DNA from: Christensenellales bacterium
Lineage (GTDB): Bacteria > Bacillota > Clostridia > Christensenellales > Aristaeellaceae
DNA length: 34,862 bases
Direction of reading: 5' to 3'
Assembly (NCBI GenBank): GCA_050945995.1
Contig: JBMNUA010000001.1
Coordinates: 1 to 34,862, forward strand
The notes beneath the pieces are model-generated. The model was not told the DNA's origin. It ran no database searches and was given only the letters and a program-made list of their open reading frames with translations. Positions 1 through 7,490 of the stretch are shown piece after piece. How positions within the stretch are numbered: position 1 is the stretch's first letter; each line of letters begins with the position of its first letter. The translations under genes and the position numbers were made by a program.

Positions 1-1
1 G

Positions 2-664
2 TATCTTTTGCTCTCCAGCCTCGACATCTCGCGGCGCAACCTCGCGCTCAACGGCGAGGCGATTTTCGAGAAGGTGAAGCGGTTCTCCCGGTACGCGCGC
101 GAGGAGATCAACGAGATCGGCGATTACTACGCGTATTCCAAGGAACTGATCAACGGCGACAGCGTGTTTGATTTTGACGAGACGAAGCTGTCGGTCAACA
201 CGCTTGAGATCGGGCTTGCGGGCATCGAGGTGTACGACATCCTGCGCGACCGGTACGATATCCAAATTGAGTTTGGCGATTTGGGGAACATCCTCGCCTA
301 TCTGTCGGTGGGCGACAAGACCAAGAACATCGAGCGGCTCATCAGCGCGCTGAGTGACATCCGCAGGCTCGACAAGCGTCCGCGTGCGGGGATGTTTGAG
401 GCGTCCTACATCAGCCCCGATGTGGCGGCGACCCCGCAGGCGGCGTTCTACGCAAACAAGCGCAGCCTGCCGCTGCGCGCGTGCGTGGGGGAGATTTCGA
501 CCGAGTTTGTGATGAGCTACCCGCCGGGGATCCCGATCCTCGCGCCGGGCGAGCGCGTGACGGCGGATATCGTCGCCTACATCGAGTACGCGAAGGCGAA
601 GGGCTGCGTGATGACGGGACCTGAGCATATGGATTTATCAAAGCTCAATGTGATGGAGGTGTAG
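2..664 (+). CDS. speA: Orn/Lys/Arg decarboxylase family protein (Bacillus SpeA-type arginine decarboxylase), C-terminal ~220 aa. The 5' end lies upstream of the window.
   Basis: The frame is open from position 2, and the TTG at position 8 in the ORF track is probably internal. The C-terminal region (SYPPGIPILAPGE...YIEY) is typical of the PLP-dependent Orn/Lys/Arg decarboxylase C-terminal domain. It heads a polyamine operon. Confidence 0.75.
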   Translation, partial: YLLLSSLDISRRNLALNGEAIFEKVKRFSRYAREEINEIGDYYAYSKELINGDSVFDFDETKLSVNTLEIGLAGIEVYDILRDRYDIQIEFGDLGNILAYLSVGDKTKNIERLISALSDIRRLDKRPRAGMFEASYISPDVAATPQAAFYANKRSLPLRACVGEISTEFVMSYPPGIPILAPGERVTADIVAYIEYAKAKGCVMTGPEHMDLSKLNVMEV

Positions 665-667
665 CGG

Positions 668-1522
668 ATGGATGATTTGTGGTACAGCGAGTATCATGCG
701 CCGGGCGTGCGGCTCTCGATCCAGGTGACGGCGCAATTGCACGCGGAGACGAGCGATTATCAGCGCATCGCGGTGTACGATTCGCCCGCGTTCGGGCGCA
801 TCCTCACGCTCGACGGCGTTTTGATGCTCACCTTGCGCGACGAGTTCATCTATCACGAGATGATCGCGCATGTGCCCATGGCGGTAAACCCCGCGATTCG
901 CGATGTTTTGGTGATCGGCGCGGGGGACGGGGGCGTGGCGCGCGAGCTGTCGAAATACCCGGACATCGCGCGCATCGATTTGGTCGAGATCGACCGGCGC
1001 GTCGTCGAGGTGTGCAAGGAGTTTTTCCCGGAGACGGCGTGCGGGTTTGACGATCCGCGCGTAAATGTGATCTGTGCGGACGGGCTCAAGTATGTGCGCC
1101 GCGCGGAACACGCGTATGATTTGATCATCGTCGATTCCACCGACCCCTCGGGTCCCGGCGAGGTATTGTTCACCAAGGAGTTTTACGGCAGCTGTTTGCG
1201 CGCGCTCACCGAAAACGGTTTACTCGTCAACCAGCACGAGAGCCCGTTTTATCGGGAGGATGCGCGGGCGATGCGCTACACGCACCGGCGGATCTTGAGC
1301 GCGTTCCCGCTCGGGCGCGTGTATCAGGCGCACATACCGACCTACCCGTCCGGGCATTGGCTGTTTGGCTTTGCGTCCAAAGGGCTGCACCCGACGAAGG
1401 ATTTACGCGCCGATGAATGGAACGCGCGCGGCATCCAAACGCTGTACTACAACACGAAACTGCACGCGGGCGCGTTCTGCCTGCCGAACTATGTCGAGGA
1501 GATGCTGAAGGAGTATGAATAG
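668..1522 (+). CDS. speE: Spermidine synthase (polyamine aminopropyltransferase)
   Basis: 284 aa. Motifs include LDGV..T..DEF.YHEM, VLVIGAGDGG and IIVDSTDP.GPG, the classic SpeE signature. A GGAGG lies 8 nt upstream of the ATG. Confidence 0.9.
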   Translation: MDDLWYSEYHAPGVRLSIQVTAQLHAETSDYQRIAVYDSPAFGRILTLDGVLMLTLRDEFIYHEMIAHVPMAVNPAIRDVLVIGAGDGGVARELSKYPDIARIDLVEIDRRVVEVCKEFFPETACGFDDPRVNVICADGLKYVRRAEHAYDLIIVDSTDPSGPGEVLFTKEFYGSCLRALTENGLLVNQHESPFYREDARAMRYTHRRILSAFPLGRVYQAHIPTYPSGHWLFGFASKGLHPTKDLRADEWNARGIQTLYYNTKLHAGAFCLPNYVEEMLKEYE

Positions 1523-2357
1523 AAACATTCAGACGTTCATCGGCTGTGACGCCGCGTATGCAGATGCGCGGATCGCGCTGTTCGGCGCGCCCTACGACGG
1601 CACGACCTCGTTTCGCCCGGGTGCGCGCTTTGGGCCTGCGGCGATGCGCGCGGAGTCGTTCGGCATCGAGACGTACTCGCCCTATTGCGACCGCGATTTG
1701 GCGGATATCCGCGTGTTCGACGGCGGCGATCTCGAGCTGCCGTTCGGCAACCCCGCGCCGATGATTGATATGGTCGAGGCGTATGCGGATCGGCTGCTTG
1801 ATGACAACAAGATTCCGTTTCTTTTGGGCGGCGAGCACTTGGTCACGCTGGGCGCGCTGCGCGCCGCCATCAAGAAATACCCAGATTTACACATCATACA
1901 GTTCGACGCGCACGCCGATTTGCGCGCGGCGTACATCGGCGAATCGCTCTCCCACGCGTCCGTGATGCGCCGCGCATGGGAGATCGTGGGCGACGGGCGC
2001 ATCCACCAGTTCGGCATCCGCAGCGGCGAGCGCGAGGAGTTTGAGTTTGCACGCGCGCACACGCGGCTTACCCCCTTCGACCTGAAAGCGTTCCCGGACG
2101 CCCTGTGCGAGATGGGGGATGCGCCGATCTATTTTACCTTGGACTTGGACGTGCTCGACCCCTCGATCTTCCCGGGCACGGGCACGCCCGAGGCGGGCGG
2201 CGCGTCCTTTCGGGAACTGCTGGACGCAATCCTTTTGCTTCATCAAAAAAACATCGTCGGCTGCGATGTGGTCGAGCTCGCACCGCACTACGACGCAAGC
2301 GGCGCGTCAACCGCCGCGGCATGCAAGCTCGTGCGCGAGATACTGCTTCAACTATAG
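1515..2357 (+). CDS. speB: Agmatinase / ureohydrolase family protein. It could act on agmatine or on N1-aminopropylagmatine.
   Basis: 280 aa. It has arginase-fold Mn-binding motifs (GGEH, QFDAHADL, SHAS, LDLDVLDPS). It overlaps the speE stop by 8 nt (ATGAATAG). Confidence 0.85.
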   Translation: MNRNIQTFIGCDAAYADARIALFGAPYDGTTSFRPGARFGPAAMRAESFGIETYSPYCDRDLADIRVFDGGDLELPFGNPAPMIDMVEAYADRLLDDNKIPFLLGGEHLVTLGALRAAIKKYPDLHIIQFDAHADLRAAYIGESLSHASVMRRAWEIVGDGRIHQFGIRSGEREEFEFARAHTRLTPFDLKAFPDALCEMGDAPIYFTLDLDVLDPSIFPGTGTPEAGGASFRELLDAILLLHQKNIVGCDVVELAPHYDASGASTAAACKLVREILLQL

Positions 2358-2369
2358 GAGGGATTCGAT

Positions 2370-3569
2370 ATGGGAAAATGCTTGATCATCGGCTGCGGGG
2401 GCGTTGCGACCGTCGCGGCGCATAAGTGCTGCCAGAACAGCGCGGTATTTGATGAGATCATGATTGCGAGCCGCACGAAATCCAAGTGCGACGCGCTCAA
2501 GGCGAAACTCGACGGCGGGAAAACGCTGGTGCACACCGCGCAGGTGGACGCGGACAACGTGGGGGAGCTGGTCGCGCTCATCGAGCGGTTCAAGCCCGAT
2601 GTGGTGCTCAACCTCGCGCTGCCGTATCAGGATTTGAGCGTAATGGAAGCCTGCCTTGCCACGAAGACGCACTATATCGACACCGCGAACTACGAGCCGC
2701 CGGACACCGCGAAATTCGAGTACGGCTGGCAATGGGCGTACCGCGAGCGCTTCGAGCAGGCGGGCATCTGCGCGCTGCTCGGCAGCGGCTTCGACCCGGG
2801 CGTGACGGGCGTGTTCTCCGCCTACGCCCTCAAGCACCACTTTGACGAGATTCACGAAATCGATATCCTCGACGCGAACGGGGGCGACCACGGCTATCCC
2901 TTCGCAACGAACTTCAACCCCGAGATCAACATCCGCGAGGTGACGGCGAACGGCAGGTACTGGCAAAACGGGGAATGGGTGGAGACCGCGCCCATGGAGA
3001 TCAAGCGCGCGTATGACTTTGATCAGATCGGCGAGCGGGACATGTACCTTCTCTATCATGAGGAATTGGAGAGCTTGGCGAAACACATCAAGGGCATCCG
3101 GCGCATCCGCTTTTTCATGACATTCGGGCAGAGCTATCTGACGCATTTGAAGTGTCTGGAGAACGTGGGCATGACGTCGATCGAGCCGATAGAGTTTCAG
3201 GGAAAGCAGATCGTGCCGCTTCAGTTTTTGAAGGCGGTGCTGCCCGACCCGGCGAGCCTCGGGCCGCGCACCGTGGGCAAGACGAACATCGGCTGCATCT
3301 TCCGCGGCGTGAAGGACGGGAAGGAAAAGACGTATTACCTCTACAATGTGTGCGATCATCAGGCGTGCTACCGCGAGGTCGGCTCGCAGGCGATTTCGTA
3401 TACGACGGGCGTGCCCGCGATGATCGGCGCGATGCTCGTGATGAACGGCAAATGGAACAAGCCCGGCGTTTGGAACGTGGAGCAGTTTGACCCCGATCCG
3501 TTCATGGACGCATTGAATCAATGGGGACTTCCGTGGATTGAGGACTTCAATCCCGTGTTGGTGGACTGA
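2370..3569 (+). CDS. Saccharopine dehydrogenase-family carboxy(nor)spermidine dehydrogenase/synthase (CASDH/CANSDH-like)
   Basis: 399 aa. It has an N-terminal Rossmann motif (IIGCGGVA) and the length and overall look of CANSDH. It sits immediately upstream of nspC. An AGGAGGG ribosome-binding site is present. Confidence 0.8.
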   Translation: MGKCLIIGCGGVATVAAHKCCQNSAVFDEIMIASRTKSKCDALKAKLDGGKTLVHTAQVDADNVGELVALIERFKPDVVLNLALPYQDLSVMEACLATKTHYIDTANYEPPDTAKFEYGWQWAYRERFEQAGICALLGSGFDPGVTGVFSAYALKHHFDEIHEIDILDANGGDHGYPFATNFNPEINIREVTANGRYWQNGEWVETAPMEIKRAYDFDQIGERDMYLLYHEELESLAKHIKGIRRIRFFMTFGQSYLTHLKCLENVGMTSIEPIEFQGKQIVPLQFLKAVLPDPASLGPRTVGKTNIGCIFRGVKDGKEKTYYLYNVCDHQACYREVGSQAISYTTGVPAMIGAMLVMNGKWNKPGVWNVEQFDPDPFMDALNQWGLPWIEDFNPVLVD

Positions 3570-4708
3570 TGGAGCGGCTGATACAGGAGGTTTCCCGCGT
3601 TTCGACGCCCGCCTTCGTGGTGGATGAGGGGCGGATCGCGCACAACCTTGCGATACTCAAGCGCGTGGCGGAGGAAGCCGGCTGCAAGATACTGCTGGCG
3701 CAGAAGGCGTTTTCGATGTTCGCGCTCTATCCGCTGATCGCACTATCGCTTGCGGGCACGACGGCGAGCGGGCTGTATGAAGCGCGGCTCGGGCGCGAGG
3801 AGATGGGGGGAGAGTCGCACATCTTCTCCCCCGCGTACACGGACGCGGAGTTTGACGAGGTGCTCGCAATCTGCGATCACATCGTATTCAACTCGTTTGC
3901 GCAATGGGCGCAGTTTCGGGAGCGGGCGCGCGCGTCCGGGCGGAGCTTCGGCATCCGCATCAACCCCATGCACTCCACGCAGGCGCATGCGATTTATGAC
4001 CCCTGCGCGCCGCACTCGCATCTGGGCGTGACGCGCGAGCACTTTCGGGAGGATTTGCTCGACGGCATCGAGGGGCTGCACTTTCATACGCTGTGCGAGC
4101 AGGGCGCGGACGCGCTGATCGAGACGCTCGCGGCGGTCGAGCGGCAGTTTGGCGCGTTCCTCCCGCGGATGAAGTGGGTGAACTTCGGTGGCGGGCACCA
4201 CATCACGCGCCCGGGCTATGACGTTGACGCGCTGATCGAATGCGTGCGCGGGTTTCGGGCGCGCTATGGTGTGGAGGCATACCTCGAGCCGGGCGAGGCG
4301 GTGGCGCTCAACGCGGGATTTCTGGTGGCGCGCGTGATCGACATCGTCGAAAACGGCATGGAGATCGCCATCCTCGACACTTCCGCCACCTGCCATATGC
4401 CGGATGTGATCGAGATGCCGTACCGTCCGCCGCTGTTTGGCGCGGCGGCAGCGGGGGAGCGGGCGCATACCTACCGGCTCGCAGGTCCGACCTGCTTGGC
4501 GGGGGATGTGATCGGCGATTATTCGTTCGACCGCCCGCTTGCGCCGGGCGACAAGCTGGTATTTGAGGATATGGCGATCTATACGATGGTAAAAACGAAC
4601 ACCTTCAATGGAATGCGCCTGCCGTCGATCTACCTGCGCGGCGCGGATGGGGGATTGCGACTCGTGCGCGCGTTCGGGTACGAGGATTTCAAAAACAGGC
4701 TTTCGTGA
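3569..4708 (+). CDS. nspC: Carboxy(nor)spermidine decarboxylase (alanine racemase-fold PLP decarboxylase)
   Basis: 379 aa. It is N-terminally similar to NspC (TPAFV.DE..I..N). The start overlaps the upstream stop (TGATG), indicating translational coupling. Confidence 0.85.
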   Translation: MERLIQEVSRVSTPAFVVDEGRIAHNLAILKRVAEEAGCKILLAQKAFSMFALYPLIALSLAGTTASGLYEARLGREEMGGESHIFSPAYTDAEFDEVLAICDHIVFNSFAQWAQFRERARASGRSFGIRINPMHSTQAHAIYDPCAPHSHLGVTREHFREDLLDGIEGLHFHTLCEQGADALIETLAAVERQFGAFLPRMKWVNFGGGHHITRPGYDVDALIECVRGFRARYGVEAYLEPGEAVALNAGFLVARVIDIVENGMEIAILDTSATCHMPDVIEMPYRPPLFGAAAAGERAHTYRLAGPTCLAGDVIGDYSFDRPLAPGDKLVFEDMAIYTMVKTNTFNGMRLPSIYLRGADGGLRLVRAFGYEDFKNRLS

Positions 4709-4749
4709 ACGGTGCGCCCCGCGCGGATTGCGCGGGGCGCGTAGTTTCC
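4613..4749 (+). repeat. Direct repeat copy 1: the last 31 codons of nspC, its stop codon and its terminator hairpin
   Basis: It matches 5881-6018 with about six substitutions and a 1-nt indel, by direct visual alignment. Confidence 0.9.
4714..4749 (+). terminator. Intrinsic terminator of the polyamine operon
   Basis: Perfect 11-bp GC stem GCGCCCCGCGC-GGATT-GCGCGGGGCGC. The following T tract is weak (GTAGTTTCC). Confidence 0.65.
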
Positions 4750-4761
4750 ATAGAGAGAGGG

Positions 4762-5736
4762 TTACTTTTCGCAAAAGCGGACATAACTAGTAAATGATAT
4801 ATTGATGCCTAATTCTCTTGCGAGATCTGCGATTAAGCTGTCATCATCATTTGTGCTCCAACCGCCGCTCACGATGCTATTTATTTTATGATAGCCGGCG
4901 AGTATCGTTTCTTCATATAAATCATCAAAAATATCTGGGCGTTTAGATTTTAACACCTCTTGGCAATTTACTGGCAGGGCAGCTAATGTCTCCTTCGTTA
5001 CAAACCCTGTTGAAGTAATGAGTATGCCGCCCGGTTTTAATACCCGATACGTTTCTTTTAATGCATTTCCGATGTTACCTTCCGCATTCCCGATCCCGCC
5101 GCCATCTGACACGACATCGATGCTATTATCGGTAAAAGGAATATCGCAGAAATCAAAGACGGCATAGTGGATATTGGGAGAGTTTATTTTTCGATCTAAA
5201 AGATGTTTCCATTCGCGCACGACGGTTGGTGAAAGGTCGTTGATGATAATTGCTGCATCTGGGTTGGCATGTAAGATATACGGCATAAAACCGCCACCGG
5301 GACCGGCGCCAACTTCGAGGATCAGTCCACCCCGCTCCGCAATCTGTCTACCAATGCAACTTCTAACTGGATTTGCATGGTGGATACTGGCATCCCAATT
5401 TCGAGCGATCCTTTTTTCCGATACGATACTATTTGTCCATTCGGCGTTTTCCTTGTGCTCGTGTTCTGGTAGGAAATAGGCGATTTCATCCATTTTGTAT
5501 TGGCTATTCACTATTTTTTCGAAGAAGTTATTTCCCACCAGTAAATCATTGATAGACACATGAAACAAATCGGATAATTGGAGCAATGATTCAAGCTCCG
5601 GTAATGCTGTGCCGCATTCCCATTTCGACACCGCCTGTGAAGTCACCCCGAGTTTCTCCGCTAATGCATCTTGTGTTACATTCAAGCTCTTGCGAAATGA
5701 GGTGATTCGCTTCCCGAAATGGACTTTGTTTATCAT
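4762..5736 (-). CDS. XRE-family helix-turn-helix domain fused to a class I SAM-dependent methyltransferase domain
   Basis: 324 aa from the ATG at 5736 (MINKVHFGKR...), which is preceded by GGAGGAACTGGT. The longer ORF start at 5805 lacks a ribosome-binding site. The N-terminus (LNVTQDALAEKLGVTSQAVSKWECG) is an HTH_3/XRE motif. The centre (LILEVGAGPGGG, IIINDLSP, LKPGGILI) matches methyltransferase motifs I, II and post-II. The gene is visibly AT-rich compared with its flanks. Confidence 0.8.
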   Translation of the reverse strand: MINKVHFGKRITSFRKSLNVTQDALAEKLGVTSQAVSKWECGTALPELESLLQLSDLFHVSINDLLVGNNFFEKIVNSQYKMDEIAYFLPEHEHKENAEWTNSIVSEKRIARNWDASIHHANPVRSCIGRQIAERGGLILEVGAGPGGGFMPYILHANPDAAIIINDLSPTVVREWKHLLDRKINSPNIHYAVFDFCDIPFTDNSIDVVSDGGGIGNAEGNIGNALKETYRVLKPGGILITSTGFVTKETLAALPVNCQEVLKSKRPDIFDDLYEETILAGYHKINSIVSGGWSTNDDDSLIADLARELGINISFTSYVRFCEK

Positions 5737-5880
5737 ACCAGTTCCTCCATCTTGAGATTTCAGCATAATTATATAGCAAAAAAAGATAGTATGGAAGCGA
5801 TGCACAATATAGTTTGCGCAGATGAATTCTACTATGGGTTGGGTCGTAAAGACCTTAATGAAATATAACTTTGATAACGG

Positions 5881-6018
5881 ATGCGCCTGCCGTCGATCTA
5901 CCTGCGCGGCGCGGATGGGGGATTGCGGCTCGTGCGCTCGTTCGGGTACGAGGATTTCAAAAACAGGCTTTCATGATCGGCGCGCCCCGCGCGGATTGCG
6001 CGGGGCGCGTGGTTTTCC
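5881..6018 (+). repeat. Direct repeat copy 2: an orphan relic of the nspC 3' end (still reads MRLPSIYLRGADGGLRLVRSFGYEDFKNRLS*) plus a second copy of the terminator hairpin (5982-6008)
   Basis: It aligns with 4613-4749. It has no upstream nspC body, so it is a gene-end fragment or pseudogene. Confidence 0.9.
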
Positions 6019-6055
6019 CGGGAAAACATATCATAAGGCGATGGAATATGAAAGG

Positions 6056-6094
6056 TATAAAAAATTGTGTCCGGCAATGATACCGCACACAATT
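6056..6094 (-). terminator. Intrinsic terminator downstream of the tRNA-Thr/tRNA-Pro pair
   Basis: On the minus strand, AATTGTGT..CGG/CCG..ACACAATT forms a hairpin followed by TTTTTTATAC. It begins 3 nt after the tRNA-Pro CCA end. Confidence 0.6.
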
Positions 6095-6096
6095 TC

Positions 6097-6173
6097 TGGT
6101 CGAGGTGACAGGATTTGAACCTGCGACCTTTTGGTCCCGAACCAAACGCGCTACCAAACTGCGCTACACCTCG
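6097..6173 (-). tRNA. tRNA-Pro (anticodon CGG), CCA encoded
   Basis: The reverse complement folds by hand into a cloverleaf: CGAGGTG/CACCTCG acceptor, GCGC/GCGC D stem, TTGG(T)/CCAAA anticodon stem with loop TTCGGGA, GCAGG-TTCAAAT-CCTGT T arm. Length 77 nt. Confidence 0.95.
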
Positions 6174-6176
6174 AAA

Positions 6177-6252
6177 TGGAGCCAATGAAGGGACTCGAAC
6201 CCTTGACCTGCGGTTTACGAAACCGCTGCTCTGCCAGCTGAGCTACATTGGC
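6177..6252 (-). tRNA. tRNA-Thr (anticodon CGT), CCA encoded
   Basis: The reverse complement is GCCAATG-TA-GCTC-AGCTGGC-AGAGC-A-GCGGT-TTCGTAA-ACCGC-AGGTC-AAGGG-TTCGAGT-CCCTT-CATTGGC-T-CCA. Length 76 nt. Confidence 0.95.
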
Positions 6253-6276
6253 ATTTACGACCGCCGACAGTTTAGA

Positions 6277-6306
6277 ATTATATCACAACAGGGGTGGATT
6301 TGTCCA
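6277..6306 (-). promoter_or_regulatory. Putative sigma-A promoter for the tRNA pair
   Basis: The minus strand reads TGGACA-18 nt-TATAAT, ending about 25 nt upstream of the tRNA-Thr 5' end. Confidence 0.4.
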
Positions 6307-6348
6307 GATGCCGCCGATCGGGTCGCGATATTTAACATTAGAATACTG

Positions 6349-6376
6349 TTGAGAACACATGCTTCGGTTGTATAAT
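6349..6376 (+). promoter_or_regulatory. Putative sigma-A promoter for pfkA-rlmD
   Basis: TTGAGA-16 nt-TATAAT, about 50 nt upstream of the pfkA ATG. Confidence 0.5.
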
Positions 6377-6428
6377 TTCATGTAGACGCAATGGCAAGCG
6401 AAACAAATGAAGGACTAGGAGAGATTTT

Positions 6429-7490
6429 ATGAAGCGTATAGGCGTACTCACCTCCGGCGGCGACGCGCCCGGCATGAACGCGGCGATCCGCTCGGTGGTC
6501 AGAACGGGGATGGGTCTGGGCATGTCGGTGATCGGGTTCAAGCGCGGGTACAACGGATTGTTGATGCGCAGCGACAATGAGCGCGACGATTTTGAAATCC
6601 TCACGTCCCGCAGCGTTTCCGATAAGGTGCACCGCGGCGGCACGTTTTTGATGACGGCGCGCTGCGCGGAGTTCATCGATCCGATCTACCAAAAGCGCGC
6701 GGTCGAAAACCTGCGCGCGCTCGGCATCGAAGGGCTCGTCGTCATCGGCGGCGACGGCACCTACCGCGGCGCGCAGGATCTGTGCGCCCTTGGGTTTCCG
6801 GCGATTGGCATCCCCGGAACGATCGACAACGACCTGAATTATACGGATTATACCATCGGCTTTGACACCGCCGTCAACACCGCCTGCGACGCTGTGAACC
6901 GCATCCGCGATACGAGCGACTCGCACGAGCGCGTCAGCCTCATCACCGTAATGGGCAGAAACTGCGGCGACATCGCACTCTACACCGCCGCGGCGTGCGG
7001 CGCGGAGCTGTTTATGATCCCCGAAGAGCCGTGGAGCTTGGAGGATATCGCCGAGCGCGTCAAGTGGGGCGTGCTTCGCGGCAAGCGCTCGATGATGATG
7101 GTGTTCGCCGAGGGCGCGCTCAAATCGCTCACGAGCGATACTGCCGCCATCATCGCGGGCAACCCGAATTTGAGCGATATGAGCGTCCATCATCTCACCA
7201 GCTCGCAGATCGCGCAGATCATCGAGGAATTGTCCGGTCAGGAAACGCGCGCGACCGTGCTCGGCTACATCCAGCGCGGCGGCAGCCCCTCCGCGCGCGA
7301 TCGCGTGCTCGCGACAAGGCTCGGCGCGTATGCAACCCAGCTATTGCGCGATGACGAGGGCGGGTGCGCGGTGGGCGTGCGCGGCGAACGGATGATCCAT
7401 GTGCCGCTTGCGGATACGCAGAAGGGCGAGCAGATGGAGCTTGGCGAGCTCAATAAATTAATCGGCGTGATGTCCTCCATGGCGCAATGA
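6429..7490 (+). CDS. pfkA: ATP-dependent 6-phosphofructokinase
   Basis: 353 aa. Motifs include the N-terminal MKRIGVLTSGGDAPGMNAAIR, then GGDG(T/S)..GA and PGTIDND. An AGGAG ribosome-binding site is present. Confidence 0.93.
   Translation: MKRIGVLTSGGDAPGMNAAIRSVVRTGMGLGMSVIGFKRGYNGLLMRSDNERDDFEILTSRSVSDKVHRGGTFLMTARCAEFIDPIYQKRAVENLRALGIEGLVVIGGDGTYRGAQDLCALGFPAIGIPGTIDNDLNYTDYTIGFDTAVNTACDAVNRIRDTSDSHERVSLITVMGRNCGDIALYTAAACGAELFMIPEEPWSLEDIAERVKWGVLRGKRSMMMVFAEGALKSLTSDTAAIIAGNPNLSDMSVHHLTSSQIAQIIEELSGQETRATVLGYIQRGGSPSARDRVLATRLGAYATQLLRDDEGGCAVGVRGERMIHVPLADTQKGEQMELGELNKLIGVMSSMAQ

Noticed and set aside
2352-3521. 389-aa minus-strand ORF
   Set aside because: It is an antisense shadow of the well-supported CASDH-like gene. 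It has an Arg/Leu/His-rich composition with no recognisable motifs.
3743-4774. 343-aa minus-strand ORF overlapping nspC
   Set aside because: It is an antisense shadow of nspC, Arg-rich, with no ribosome-binding site.
5822-6185. Plus- and minus-strand ORFs of 66-98 aa across 5822-6185
   Set aside because: They are composed of the nspC-tail relic copy read in various frames and of sequence overlapping the tRNA-Pro/tRNA-Thr genes. None has a ribosome-binding site.
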